DNA of 64,000 nt from contig DF237170.1 of assembly GCA_000708835.1 (NCBI GenBank), forward strand, positions 1-64,000, written 5' to 3'. The stretch is from Klebsormidium nitens (taxonomy: Eukaryota; Plantae; Klebsormidiophyceae). Below are positions 12,230 through 24,321 of the stretch, piece after piece. The notes under the pieces are model-generated. The model worked only from the letters and a program-made list of their open reading frames with translations, had not been told where the DNA came from and ran no database searches. The position numbers were made by a program, and so were the translations under genes. Position 1 is the first letter of the stretch; each line of letters begins with the position of its first letter.

Positions 12230-15200
12230 TCAGCGCTCTCGTTCGGCGAGTTGTCGAACGCCCCGCATCGCCTCCTCGCTCTCCGACTCGGACGTATCTT
12301 CCTGTCTAAACCCCGATACTTTTGATTTCGACGGCGTGGACCCCCCCGGCATGTAAAACAGCCCCGTCTCGTCGTCCGCAATCCAGGTATCGAACTCCGT
12401 GGGGACCCCTTCCAGCCCAGACCTCCGCCCCCCTCCCCCCCAGAACAAGCTCCCCAGAGAACTCCCCCCCAAATCGTCTTCCTTGGCTAATTGGTCACCC
12501 ACAGAAAGCGAACGCTTCAACCCACTAAGATTCCCGGTCGAGCCTTGCCGAGAGCGTGGCCCTTTTCTGTCCCCAGGATCTCCCCCCGTTCCTTTTTCTG
12601 GCGTCAGCTCCCCGTTATCCTTTACGTTAACCGGGTCAGAATCCCCAGCGTTAACTGGGTCAGCTTCTCCGGCAATGACCGGGTTAGCTTCCCCCGGTTT
12701 GACTGGGTTAGCTTGCCCGGGGGGCGCTTCCGGGACGTTGCGGTACAGGTGGCGGGTGACGAAAAGCGCCGTGTCCTCGTCTTTCCAGTAGGCGGTGTGC
12801 GAACTGAGCGCCGAGATGTACGGGTGCTCGAACGTGGCGTCCTGCAGAGCAGTAATTACCGCGGGCTGAGTCATAGAAGAGACTCTCGTTTGCTTGCAAT
12901 TTCTTCGTCGTGGACGATTGAGTTCAATTTAGACGTGATCTAGCGTTCTGCCAGATCCCAACAGCCGTCACCGAGAGATACCCGGAAACGGCACTCCAAG
13001 CTATTATGATTCCCCTGCCCAACCGCAATTCTGCCCTATGGAAGGTTGCCAACCGTGAAGTTCTCTTTCACTCTGGTAATCAAAAGGCTTCCTGATAAAT
13101 AATGCACATTGTATTTCGGTCGGGCCGCCACGGGCCCGCACATCATGGACCACAGACCAAGCTCGTTCCATACTTTGGGCGCGATCCGGAAAGTGCCCAG
13201 TCCGGAGCCTCCAAACGCACTCGCACGAGGAACATTTCCGCTCGCTGGCAAGAACGGACGCTGACAACGAGCACCGGAACGCATCCCCGCACCTGGAGCA
13301 TGAAGTCGATCCGCCCGTGCTTGCTCCCGGTCACCCGCTCCATTACGAGCGCCGTGTGCTGGCTCACTTCGTCCCCCCCCTCCTCCGACTCTGCCGCGCT
13401 GGCCTGGTCTGCCCCCCCGAACGTGGACGCGATCTTGGTCTTCATGCTTGACAGCGAGCTGATGATGTCATTCTGGAGCGCGCGCGAGCGCGCGCTGAGG
13501 TCATCGCGCAGCTGCTGCATCCCGATGTGGAGGCGCTGCCCCCCGCGGTGGTATGGGATGAAGACGGGGCGCCGGGCGACGAAGTCCTTTGACACCAGGG
13601 GCTCGATCCTGCATAAGAGGGGAGCGCAAAATACTCTATTGTGTCAAACGAATTTTGCCCAACTCGTCAAACGAAACATGTGGTACACCTTCGCAGGGCT
13701 TTCATCCAAAGCACAGCACTTTTGAAATACTGGATTTGACGGGTAACATTCAGACAGGGCCATCTTTAGGGTCTATACACACAGAGCTGGTGTTCTTTTT
13801 GGCAAATCGCCGAGAACTCAAGGTGCTGTTTTGCCCAATTTCCCCCTGCAACTCAACGTCGTGCCGGGGGGTAGCTTCCGCACGCAAAATTGCCCCGTAC
13901 ACGGTCTGATCGCAACAACACCCGGTGTTCGGACCGTCACCGGGCTTTTTTCGGGGTGGCCGATTGGAACACCTCGGTGTTGTTGCTGACGTATGACCGT
14001 ACGAGTCGGCGAAATGGAAACAACACCCCGCGATCGGCGCGGTGCTTTTTGGGCGACGGCAGCACCGCGATCCCTGCTCTACCGTCGCTCCGAAAAAAGA
14101 ACACCCTCTGTGTGTGTATAGACCCTTAGTGGAACGGCACATGAGCAACAAGCCGATGAAGCACTGTTGAGCGCTCTGTTTCTAGGGCGGGGAAGCGAAA
14201 ACTGCACAGACAAATTCCCATTCTTGGGTAGAGAGGGTCACAGTGGACGCATAGAAGAGCTGTCTTCTGAATACTGCTTATGGCAAGGGCGTTGGGGGGG
14301 CGACTAAGTAGACGTGCAACAATGAGAGGTGTGTCTGTGTGTCTATGTCTAACGAAGGGTTTGAAAACCGCTGGGATTGAGATTCGATTACAGAAGAAGG
14401 CGTCCGCCAGAAGCGACCAGCCAAGCACTGAAACCTGGGGCGTGAAGTATGAGGCCGATATAACTTTGACACCTGTTTGGAAGGGGCTTCACCAAAAGAC
14501 GATGTTCAACCCCAAAAGCGCCTCACAATAGGTAAACCGGGTCAGTAGAAGTGAAGGGCGGTAGACTCACGCAGAAAGCCCTATACTTACTGAGAATCCT
14601 GAAACGGTGGATCTCCACGTATAAAGGAGCGCCTCACCTATACGCGACGGGGTCGTATGGGTGGAAAATGTTGACCATGTGACGCGCAGCCGGCATGCTC
14701 TCCTCCAGTTTCTTGAGGTCCATATTCTCGCCCCGCGTCGCGCTCCCGAACTCGATGTTGCGGAGCGCTAGGAACATGCCAAGTGGCGAGCCCACGGCGA
14801 AAAACGTGTCCACCTCGAACGCGAGGCGCGGGTAGTGGACGAACGCGTGCGGGCCGCGCTTGCGCAGAACCTGGCATAAGAGGGGCGCGCATATGACATG
14901 AGTGAGTGCTTATTAGTGCTTAAAAGGGGGAAATTTTGGATGCGGAGTACCACCCAGGGGGGCAGTATGCGAATAGGCGAGTACTTGATAATCGGTACCA
15001 AGAAGCAGGGCTGGGATTGCGAGTAGAGTCAATGGGCAAGGGCGTACGAGCATCAGCGGTAACTACGGGGGTTCTCTGCATACAGCACTTGTACTTGTTG
15101 AGTACGTGTCATCGAGTTGTGCTCAGCACTCACAGACATGGCAAAACAGGATGACGGATTCATTCAGGATTCATTAGAGCCAGGTACAAGAAATTCCAAC

Positions 15201-18200
15201 TACCATTAAGACCTTAACCCAACAATCTACGTGCCCGCACCCGTACCCACCCCAGGCCCCCCATCTTACCCCCCCCGTTCTGAATTTGGCGAGCTTGTTA
15301 TCCTGCCGCTTATCATCCTTGATTGAGTCCGAGCTCATACAGGGTTCGTGGCAAAAGCCATCTGTTCCATGAAGAGGATTTTCATAAACTTCTTAATCAT
15401 CTGCTTCAGAAGCGAAACGCGCAAGGGCGCAACGGAAAAAGCGACAACAAACACTTGCCTCTGCGTCGAGCGTGCTCTTGAGATCGTCCAGTCTCACGTC
15501 GACAGACGGGGTCGAAATGAGGAGCGGGCGGCTAACAGGACGTTCCGGTTCCGCTGCAGCAGAGCGGAGCGCCTCTTGGATCTCTGCCGGGGACTCAGGT
15601 ATATGTACGCTAGAATAACGGGGCGCATCTACACTCGCCGTGCTTTTCGCACCTATACTCGCGGGCTGCGTGGCGCGCGCCTCTGCGCCGCTTGGACGTT
15701 CTGACGTTTGCACATCGGACCTGGGCTCCCCTCCGGACCCCTCGCTTGCGTCACCAGAGGGCTGGCTGACGTCACGATGGGCTCGGCCCGCATTTGCGTC
15801 TGCTCGTTCCGGCAAGGAAGACCGATCATCACCCGTGTCCTTTCCCATTCCGCTGGCCGAATCTTCAGTGCCCTCACCGCTGACCGCCGCGAGCTTCTCG
15901 GCAAAAGAAAGAGCGCGCTTGGACCCATCTGCCTCTCCATTCGCAATTTCTATCTCAGAATCGGGTTTTTCAACAGCCTCGTTTCCCTGCGAACTTTCCC
16001 ATCTCCTCAGCTTCTCCCGCAGAATGGCCACCTCCGCTCTCAGCGCCGCCAGCTCCGCGTCGCTGCTCTCGTTCCGGGGGGGTCCGCTGCCAGTGTCATC
16101 ACCCCCCCCTTCAAGCATTCCCGCCGCTTCTGCCAGTCGCATGTCCAGCACATCCAATCCGGATTCTTCGGACGCGCCAGGGGTCGGCTGCTCTTCTACG
16201 GCTACCTTGTCTATACTGCGGCTAGCCGGGGGAATGGTTTGCTCGCCCAAAACTCCCCCCCTTTTCGAAACTCCCGTTTCCTCTCCCTGTTCCACTCTCT
16301 CCGCTCCAGCCTCCGCAGACGTCAATTCGCTGGTCGGCTCATTAATCCGAACCGGAACCCCCGAGTCGTGTTCTGCTCTTTCCGCACCCGTACCAGAGTC
16401 CCCTCGCTCGGCATCTGGAGGGGGGCCTTCATTTCCCTCCGCTCTCGTTCCTTGCTCGCTCCGGTTCTCCTGCATTTCCTCTTCAAACCCCCTTCCCTTA
16501 TATTTCTCCTCGCCTCCTTCTTGCGCCATATCCGTATCCTCCTCCCCCGCAGTTTCACCAGCCCCCTTGCCTGCCACGTCATCTTTACCGCCGTCTCTCT
16601 CCCTCTCTCTTTCTATACCCTCGTGATTTCTCGTCTCCCCTCGTCCACCCTCGTTTCGTGTGACGTTTGATCTGGGGGTCAAACCCGTGTCCTGCCTTCG
16701 TTCTTTAGCCCCAGACTCCGCCTCTGCCGTTGCGATTCCACCAATGTCTTCGTTTTCCAGGCCAACCAGCGCCCCAACTTTCTCAATCACGTCACCTATT
16801 TCCCACCCTCTCCCGACGCTTTCTGCGAACTCTTTATTACTCTCCCCTTCCCCACTAAGTTTCACCCCGACCCCGCTGCCTTCTACACCTTCCCCATCAA
16901 CCGCTCCGCCCTTCTCCCCACCTCCCTCCGTGCCCTTCTGGCTGACGTCAGCGGCCCCCCCTCTGACGCCCCAGCCTTCCCCGCTGACGTCAGCACCGCT
17001 TCCACCGACATCAGCACCGCTTCCGCCGACAGCCGCCGGGGGATCCCCCGCGGGATCCTCGGGGATGCGGCTGAGCGCCCCGCCCGCGGTGCTGGCGGGT
17101 TTGGCAGGAGCGGCCGACGCGAGGAGCCGCGCATGCAGATCGGTGAGGAAGGGCTTCGGCTGGTGACACAGGATGTCGTAACTGAGTACGGACCCGAGGG
17201 AGTGCCCAAAAATGTGCACCTGTGGGGAATGAGTTGGGTGTGAGACAACCAGAATGGCTGGGGGTGACTTGGAATGCTCAGAAGAAGGAACGAAATCGAG
17301 ACACAGGCTGAAATTGAAACAGCCATGGAGAAGAGTCGATGACTCTTGCAGCCAGTATGAGCGGAAAAACTAGGGCGGCGTCCATATCTGCGCTCACCTG
17401 GCCGTCAAAGCAGGGGTTGCTCCCCGCGACGAAGTGCCGGTAATATTGCTCTTCATAAGGTTGAAAAATTGCCCGGATACTGCGGAACCACAACAACTAG
17501 AGGCGGCCGAAAAAGATCAAGCGCCCCTGACCGTTGAACCGAGGGATGCGCCGGCGGGCAACTGCACAACCCTCCAGACCAAAGGGAACGAAGGCCCGGG
17601 TTTGCAGGACCACAACAACTAGAGAAGGCGGAAACTGTTCCAGCGCCCACCTGGCCGTCGTCCGCCGGCGGAAGAAACTGCAAGACTAGATCGTGGGACA
17701 TAAAGGTTCATCCCTTGTGGATATTACAGATCACAAAATCTAGAGGCGGCGGAATTCGACGCCCACCTGGCCGTCGAAGCCGGGGTTCCGCCGGCGGAAG
17801 CGCGCGTACTGGCGGTTGAGCGAGCGGCAGACGGAGTTGACGATGTCCTGGCAGTAGACTGGGCTCATGTAATACAGCACGTCCAGAACCGTCGCGTTTA
17901 CGATCTGGCGAATGCCGCGGATGCCCTCCATCGTGATGTCGTCGATTATATTCTCGCCGCCTAATTGCAAGATCTTGCGCCACTGCAGAAAAGAACAGGA
18001 GGGCAAGGGTTTGAGGATTGAAACCTTTGGAAGGCAGAAGAATATGCTTTCCTGTGTGGGGGCGGGACTCAAAGGTCGGCTTCTCGGGGCGTGAAGGGAA
18101 GGTCGATATCGTCACCCAGCTGCAGGATCTTGCGCCACTGCAGAAAATATAGGGAGAGCGGAGCTTTAGGAAGTCGAAATCCTGGAGGGGTGAAAGAGCA

Positions 18201-21200
18201 AGCGAATTTGGGGCGAGAGTCGAAGGGCCGGGGTTATTGGGAGAGCAAATATTGGAGGCGCTGCCGAACTGCAGGATCTCACGCCACTGCAGGAAGAACA
18301 CGGGGATGAATGTAAGAGTTTTTAAGCTTTGGAGGTAAAGATATTGCTCTGAGGAACCGGGGACGAAGCCCTAAGGGCGGGCTTCTTGGCATGTGGACGG
18401 AGCAGAGGTCCCAGTCGTCACCCAGCTGTAGCATCTTGCGCCACTGCAGGAAGCAGAGCAACTGCGTGACCTGAAAGCGTGACGACAGCAAAGATCTTGT
18501 TCCCAAGAGCGCGGGGCGCTACGGGGATGTACAGCTCCAGGTCTTCCGCTGACCTGAATTTTCTGCAAGACTGCGGGGGCAGACCTGATCCAGAGTTTCA
18601 CGATGAACGACGGGTTGATCTTCTTTCCCGTGAAATGAGACAACGTAGACGGGCGATGTTGAATCTCCCGCAAGTAACCTTAAGCAATTCAGAGCCCAAA
18701 GTCTTATAACGCCCAAGAATCCAAGGGGTATCTCTGCTGAGCTGGCACGAGGAAAGGAAGTTCACTGGCCAAAACCGTGGGTTAGCGGGCTAACCTGGCA
18801 GGGGATAAAGAGCACGTGTTGCGCTTGCTGCGGGTGCGGCTTAGGGAATTGGTCGCGCTCAGAGGTTTTATGATAACCAAGTCGTGGCTTTATTGCGCTG
18901 ACTTAAGAAGAGAAGGGAGGTTTCAATAACCAGCTTGCGGGTTCGCGCGCTGACCTGGCAGGGGATGAAGAGCACGCGCTGCGCCTGCCGCTGGTGCGGC
19001 TTAAGGAACTGGTCGAGCATGGCGTCCGAGACGGCCTGGAACTTGTGCGCGTCGTCCACGATGTTGGCGCGCTCCAGCCGCTGCCCGATGCCGTGCACCA
19101 TGAACACCAAGTGCTGCACAGGGACCTGCGCACATGGATAGCACAACTCTCAAATCTGGACTCATCGATGTAAATAGTAACCCAAAAATCAAAATCGGAT
19201 ACTACATCCCCAAACCTGATGCCGTGCACCATGAACATCAGGTGCTGCGCCTGCGTGCCGGAAAGGTGAGACGTCTCAGTTCTAATCATAAGCACTGTCG
19301 ATATATAACCCGAAAAACCTGAATCCCAAGAACGCTTGGGTCAGACACTTGAATGCTTCCGAGATGGATTGTATCCATGTCAAAGATCAAAAACTCTGCT
19401 CGTCCAGGATCGAGCCAACTCGCCTGCCTGCGTCCAACTCCTCCTACTGGAAATAACATTAGCTTCAGCAGAAACGAAGATCCAAAAGATAGAAGAAGTC
19501 CTACAAAAAAGCTTAAACCCTGCGACTCTGCGAATGAGCCGACTCGCCTGCGCCTTTCTGTCGTCCTCCATCTCGTCCCTCCGCTGCTTCACCTCCTCCT
19601 GCCCCACCGGTGCGCCCTCGTCCCGGAAACCCCGCCGCAGCCGCGTCGTCGGATGGCCCGCGCTGAACATGCGCGAGATGACGCCAGAGCCGTCCACGCC
19701 CAACCACGCCTCCCACGTGTCATCCTCGCCCGTGAACAGCGCGTACAGGCCCTGCAGGAAGGGACGTCCCGGTTCCGTTTACTAGGGCGGAAGTCCGGAA
19801 AGTTCGAAAATTGCAAGCTACAGAACATGCGCGGGATGACGCCAGAGCCGTCCACGCCCAGCACGAGTCCCACGTGCATCCTCGAAGGTGAACAGCGAGT
19901 AAAGCCCCTGCACAAAGTGAGGCGTTCCGGTTCCGTTATGGATCCGTTCTGTTGTTGCGTTTGATTTTAAGCGGACCTTTAGATGCAGGTCATGCCGAGC
20001 AGTCCACGCTGAGCGACGCCTCTCACATGTCATCCTCGCCCGTAAAAGCGCGTAAAGACCCGGCAGGAAGGGGCGCGTTCCGGTCCGTTTACTAGGGCGG
20101 AATTCCAGATTTCGGACGTCGCAAGCTGGAGAACATGCGCGAGAGGACGCCAAAACAGTCCACGTGCCGGTTTCGTGCCAGTATTCGGTAGATTCCTGGA
20201 CTCAAACCGCGTCAACACGGCATACATCCAGAAACGGTCGACAGCTCCCAGTACGAGGGGGGCACAACTGGCAAACGAAAGCGAGCCGTGTGCTCACCAG
20301 CGACGGCCCCGCAATGTTGACCCGGTGCGCGTACATCCCGTTCGGCAGGAAGCTGCGCCGGCGCCACACCTGCCCACGGTACGCGATCTCGAGCTGCTCC
20401 GCGATATCTTCCCGCAACGGCAGCCAGTCTTTCGTTTTCCGTGGCTGCGCGAACCACGACCCCCGCAGGATCCTTCTATGCCCGGCCTTCCAAAAGATTG
20501 CCGACAGCTTTCGCTTCTCGAGAAAGCACTCGTATAACCCGCCCTTCACCTGGATCCCGATCTCCGACGAATCGTCGCTCTCGGAAGCCGTGCTTTTTGG
20601 GGGCTCCGGAACGCTGCCAGCTTGCGAGCTGTCCGCGTCGACTGTCGCAGCGTCAGAGACTTCGGTCAGCGGGGCAGCGTCCGAGATACGTCTAGACCCC
20701 TCGGCTGACGAGATTTCTGCTGCTGCTTTGAGTTCTGCCGCCAACTTTTCTGCGTGAGCTGCTTCCACGTCGCCCGGCTGCCCCACTGAAGTTGACGCTT
20801 CAGTCGCTGTGTCTTCTTCGCCTCTCGTGCTGGAGTCCCCTTTACCAGTGCCACCTTCTTTGCCAGCTGTCCCACCTTCCGAGAGACTATTCTCCGTCAG
20901 TTCTTTGTCGACCTTTATTTCGTCCAACCCCGCCTTCTCCCCCTCGTTTTTGGCCGGCTTTTCCGATGGCTGTGGCTTGCTTGGCGACTGGCCCAAAGGC
21001 CCCGATTGCGATCGAAAGGACGGGAGGTACGAGGATACCTTGGAAAAGAAGCTCTCCTGGGCTTGCTCAGCGTCAGTCTCGATTGGAATGGGGGGCAACT
21101 GTTCTTTCTTTCCAAGGTCGGTGTTCGGAGGTCGCTCCTGTGCGGCAGGGGCGGCTTTGTTGCTGGGAGGCTCCTTCAAGGGGCTGGCTCCTGTAGACAA

Positions 21201-23205
21201 CGACAGTGGAAGTGAATGAGGTCTTGTAACAGAGTAGAAAAGCGGGGCAGACTTCCTGAAAAATCCTGGCAGAATTCCTGGAAAATCCTAACAATAATGC
21301 ACAAAATGCATAAGATACAGGTCTCAAGGCAGCGTTATGGAAAGGCTTTGTGACCTCGATCAAGCTAGACTCATGATTTTGTAGAGAAGGCACAACGACA
21401 GGGCGGGTAGTGAAATTGAAACGTTTAACGACTTCTTAATCGACATCAACATTCAGCACTTTACCAAGGAGGATGCCATCCCAATGATCTTTGCCATGCA
21501 GTTCGAGTTTTCTTCTTTCTCCACTCCAGATAAGTTATGCAGCACCATGTTCCTGAACCTTGGTTTGTAACAGTAAAGGTGCCCACTGTCCCCAACCTGC
21601 AATTCTCTAATCCGTTTCACATTCAGGCACGGCCAGATCTACACAGACAATGCAAGGTGGTCAGACTTAGAGAAGTGAAATAGCCCAGAAGCGCACACTG
21701 CATCACAAGCAGAGTGTACAAACTCGCTGCCCAAACGAGCGATTGACGCCCCACCTGCTAGATCTTCCTGAAGTCTCTTTCCAGCGGGGGCTGGGCTTTG
21801 GGCCGCTTTCGCAATCTTTCTTGGGGCTGCCTTCAGGGGGGATGCCTGCGGGCTGCCCTGTGTGGTGGCGCCCGCCCCCCGCTCGAGGCGCTCCCGGTCT
21901 TTTAGCTGAGGCCCGATGCTGACCTCAGCAAACTCGCGCCACCAGCACGAAAGCAGCATCTCCTCTTGTTGCTGCAACGGCGGCGATGCATTTGCTGTGA
22001 GCTTCAGTAAAGGAGAGTCTGTTGCGGCTCCTTTCATCATTCCCAAAGCTTATGGGGCATTTCAGGGAGAATCTGGCCTTGTATCTCTAAGTTTTCTTCA
22101 ATGAGTCGAGGGTTTCGGCACGAGGACAATGGGGAACGTTTTACAGAATGGCCCTTCACTGAGAGAGGATGCAATCCAGTCTTACCCGGTAGGCGGCCTC
22201 GAGCGCCGCAGAATCCAACGTGCCAAAGCGCAGCCATTCGCCTTTCAGCGCAGCCTCTGTGGACGGCACCAGGGCCGCAGCCTGATCATCTGTACAATGG
22301 CAAGCGAAAGAGTATTCTAAGGAAGAGAAACCAGAGAGAGTTATTGTGGACCAGAATCTAGAGCAGTTTCGCCCATGGATGATTGCTCAATTGGACCTAT
22401 GGTGAGGGCAGTCACCATAGTACTCTGTGTTTTAAGACCCCTGTGACCTCATCAAAGTCCTCAAAGACAGAGTATATGCTCGTTCCTTTTGCCTCCATGG
22501 GTCCATCATGACGCAATGCCTTGTAAGCCAGCGGTTCAGCTTCTTCCGGACAGCCCACGACATTGAGTGGTTCAGGACCTTTACGGCTTGAATCTGAGAA
22601 AAAACCTTGGCGATTCCAATAGTGCATGACAAGTAATCTGCTTGTCAAAGTGTGAAACATGGAATCATGGAGGAAAAATCGCCAAAGATGAAACACGAAG
22701 CATTCCTGATTACACCACCACCATGATATTGCGGGAATCCAGATAACACGAGAGGAAGGCAAGACAAACCGGACAGCAATCGAATCTCTGGATGCTTACT
22801 AAAGTGCCAGGGAGTGCGTGTACGACACACATCCAGATGCATGCACATAGACTTTAGCAATGCCCACAATAGACACTGCACCAACAAATTGCATCGATCA
22901 CCTCTCAGTGCTTTCTTGCTGAAGAACCACCGCACATCGGCCCCATCAGACGGCGAGTTCGTGAGCTGATTGGACGCTGCCCTGCCCTTCAAAGCCTCAA
23001 AGTAGGTGGTCGAATCCCGGGCCATCTGGACCTTCGGCGGTGTCTTTGGAAGGTCTAAGACTGGTCTTCGAGCGGGCGGGGAAGGCCACCGCAGCTCATC
23101 GGCTTGTGAAGCAAGCTCCTTTTCGAATTCATCATCCTTCTTCATGGTTGGCTCGGTGCTGTCTGAAGAACCAGCCCCGTGCTGATGCGCCATGGCGCCT
23201 GCCAT
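12230..23205 (-). CDS. SGR2: SGR2-like DDHD-domain phospholipase A1 (PA-PLA1 family), multi-exon
   Basis: Motifs SPSDGADVRWFF, LLSCWWREFAEVSIGP, LYALFTGEDDTWEAW, HLVFMVHGIGQRLE, VLFIPCQWRK, lipase GHSLGS, FFAVGSPLGMFL, NIFHPYDPVAYRIEPL, GRIDFMLQ and HPYISALSSHTAYWKDEDTALFV occur in order on successive exons. Confidence 0.93.
13769..14125. mobile_element. Tourist-like (PIF/Harbinger) MITE, 357 bp, in an SGR2 intron
   Basis: About 32-bp TIR gggtctatacacacagagctggtgttcttttt versus aaaaaagaacaccctctgtgtgtgtatagaccc; TTA on both sides (13766-13768, 14126-14128); no coding capacity. Confidence 0.85.
15211..15280 (-). repeat. G-rich-core family copy 2 (diverged), in an SGR2 intron
   Basis: Reverse complement contains GGGGTGGGTACGGGTGCGG...TTGGGTTAAGG, colinear with the core at 9017-9096. 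Confidence 0.6.
17365..17830 (-). repeat. Decayed tandem copies of an SGR2 exon 3' end plus donor site
   Basis: gcccacctggccgtcg occurs at 17645-17660 and at the true junction 17761-17776; a diverged copy lies at 17391-17455; a shared upstream ctagaggcggc motif also occurs at ~17497. Confidence 0.8.
17960..18460 (-). repeat. Four ~150-bp-spaced copies of an SGR2 acceptor plus exon start (cag|TGGCGCAAGAT...)
   Basis: gatcttgcgccactgcag or close variants at ~17971, ~18127, ~18274 and ~18433; only the ~17988 acceptor continues into conserved ENIIDDITMEGIRGIR. Confidence 0.85.
19760..20260 (-). repeat. Decayed tandem copies of the SGR2 intron end plus GLYALFTGEDD exon start
   Basis: ccggttccgtt(tactagggcgga) and catcctcg..gtgaacagcg motifs recur at ~19720-19795, ~19870-19935 and ~20030-20105. 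Confidence 0.8.
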
Positions 23206-23626
23206 GGCCCTGGGTGCGGTTGCAGTCTGCAAAGAATATTCTGCGAGATGCACATCTGCTGAACTAGATGGTGGGCTCTGCCCGGGACAATGTGCTCGGG
23301 ATAACTTTGTGTGATTGGTATCGTGTACGTTCTGCCCCCTGACGCTTGACACAACTTTAAACTGGGCCGGCGCAGCACCGCTCCGGTTGGAAAGGCCACG
23401 TGTACGAAGCCCACTGGTCATGCCTTGCAACTTCAACGGAGGGGATCCCTTCATACTCCTGAACAAAATCACTGGAAAATTGATGATCGTCTCCTGAACA
23501 AATCTGAGAGCCACTGAATGAACTTTGCAAACGGAGGCCGCGGCCTGCTTAGAAGTTCAGAAGTCATAAAGTAAGTCTTAAGTGCACATCCGTTTGATAT
23601 CTTCCGCTCAACGTTCAGCCTTCGAC

Positions 23627-24321
23627 ATGAGCGCCACGTCTACCGCCCTCCTCCCCATCCCAAGCAGCTGGGTAGGTATCTTTTCAGGGGCGCGGCGCCC
23701 CGGGCCAGCACACAATGTTGCCAACACTGATATGTGCAGGCGACCTGCGAAGCATCAAGCTTGGACCCTTGTGACAGTCCCGAGAAAAAGAGCACGCGTG
23801 ATCCGAGCAGCAGGCTGGCAAGATAACTCCGATTTGAGGGAGGAGTTGAACAGAGCTCAAGATCAGCAACCCGCAGCAGGAAACGAGGCTTTGTTCAAAC
23901 CTAAGGGGGTATTCGATGGATACGGCGCCAAAGATATGGACATCTCCCGGCAGTTTAGACACGTGACGAAAGGTGCCACAGTTCTCGCCTTTTACTTCAA
24001 GGACACCGTTTCCCTGCGAACCATACTGGAGTTCGTTGACGCCAGCCAAGGGTTTGGTGCTTTTCAGATTTTCAGGGAGTAACTTTCCGGGGGCGGCTTA
24101 TTCTCCCAAACATTTACCTGGCTTATGAGAAAAAGCCCCAGCTGGTAGAGGCTCCCTGGAAAGAGGCGGCGGCGGCTGTTCCGGGCTGCCGATTTTCAGC
24201 GTTCACCATGGAAGTGGCATCGGCGAGCGATGCTAAAATCATGAAAGAAGTGCTTCAACCGTTTGTGACACGCTTGGACGAGCATGGTGACAGTGCTTAC
24301 GACGATCTGTACCTGATCTAA
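23627..24321 (+). pseudogene. Frameshifted copy of the intronless orphan gene (paralogue of 25891-26586)
   Basis: An extra attttcag (24068-24075) shifts the frame to a stop at 24082; the original frame resumes GVTFRGRLILPNIY...DDLYLI* and ends at 24321. Confidence 0.8.

Noticed and set aside
15640-17166. Long plus-strand ORFs (328, 320 and 168 aa)
   Set aside because: Antisense shadows of the GC-rich SGR2 exon; Ser/Pro-rich with no domain signal.
17365-20260. Periodic repeats as a CRISPR-like array or mutually exclusive exons
   Set aside because: Eukaryotic intronic context, units are degenerate partial exon copies, no cas genes, and the copies are incomplete or contain stops.
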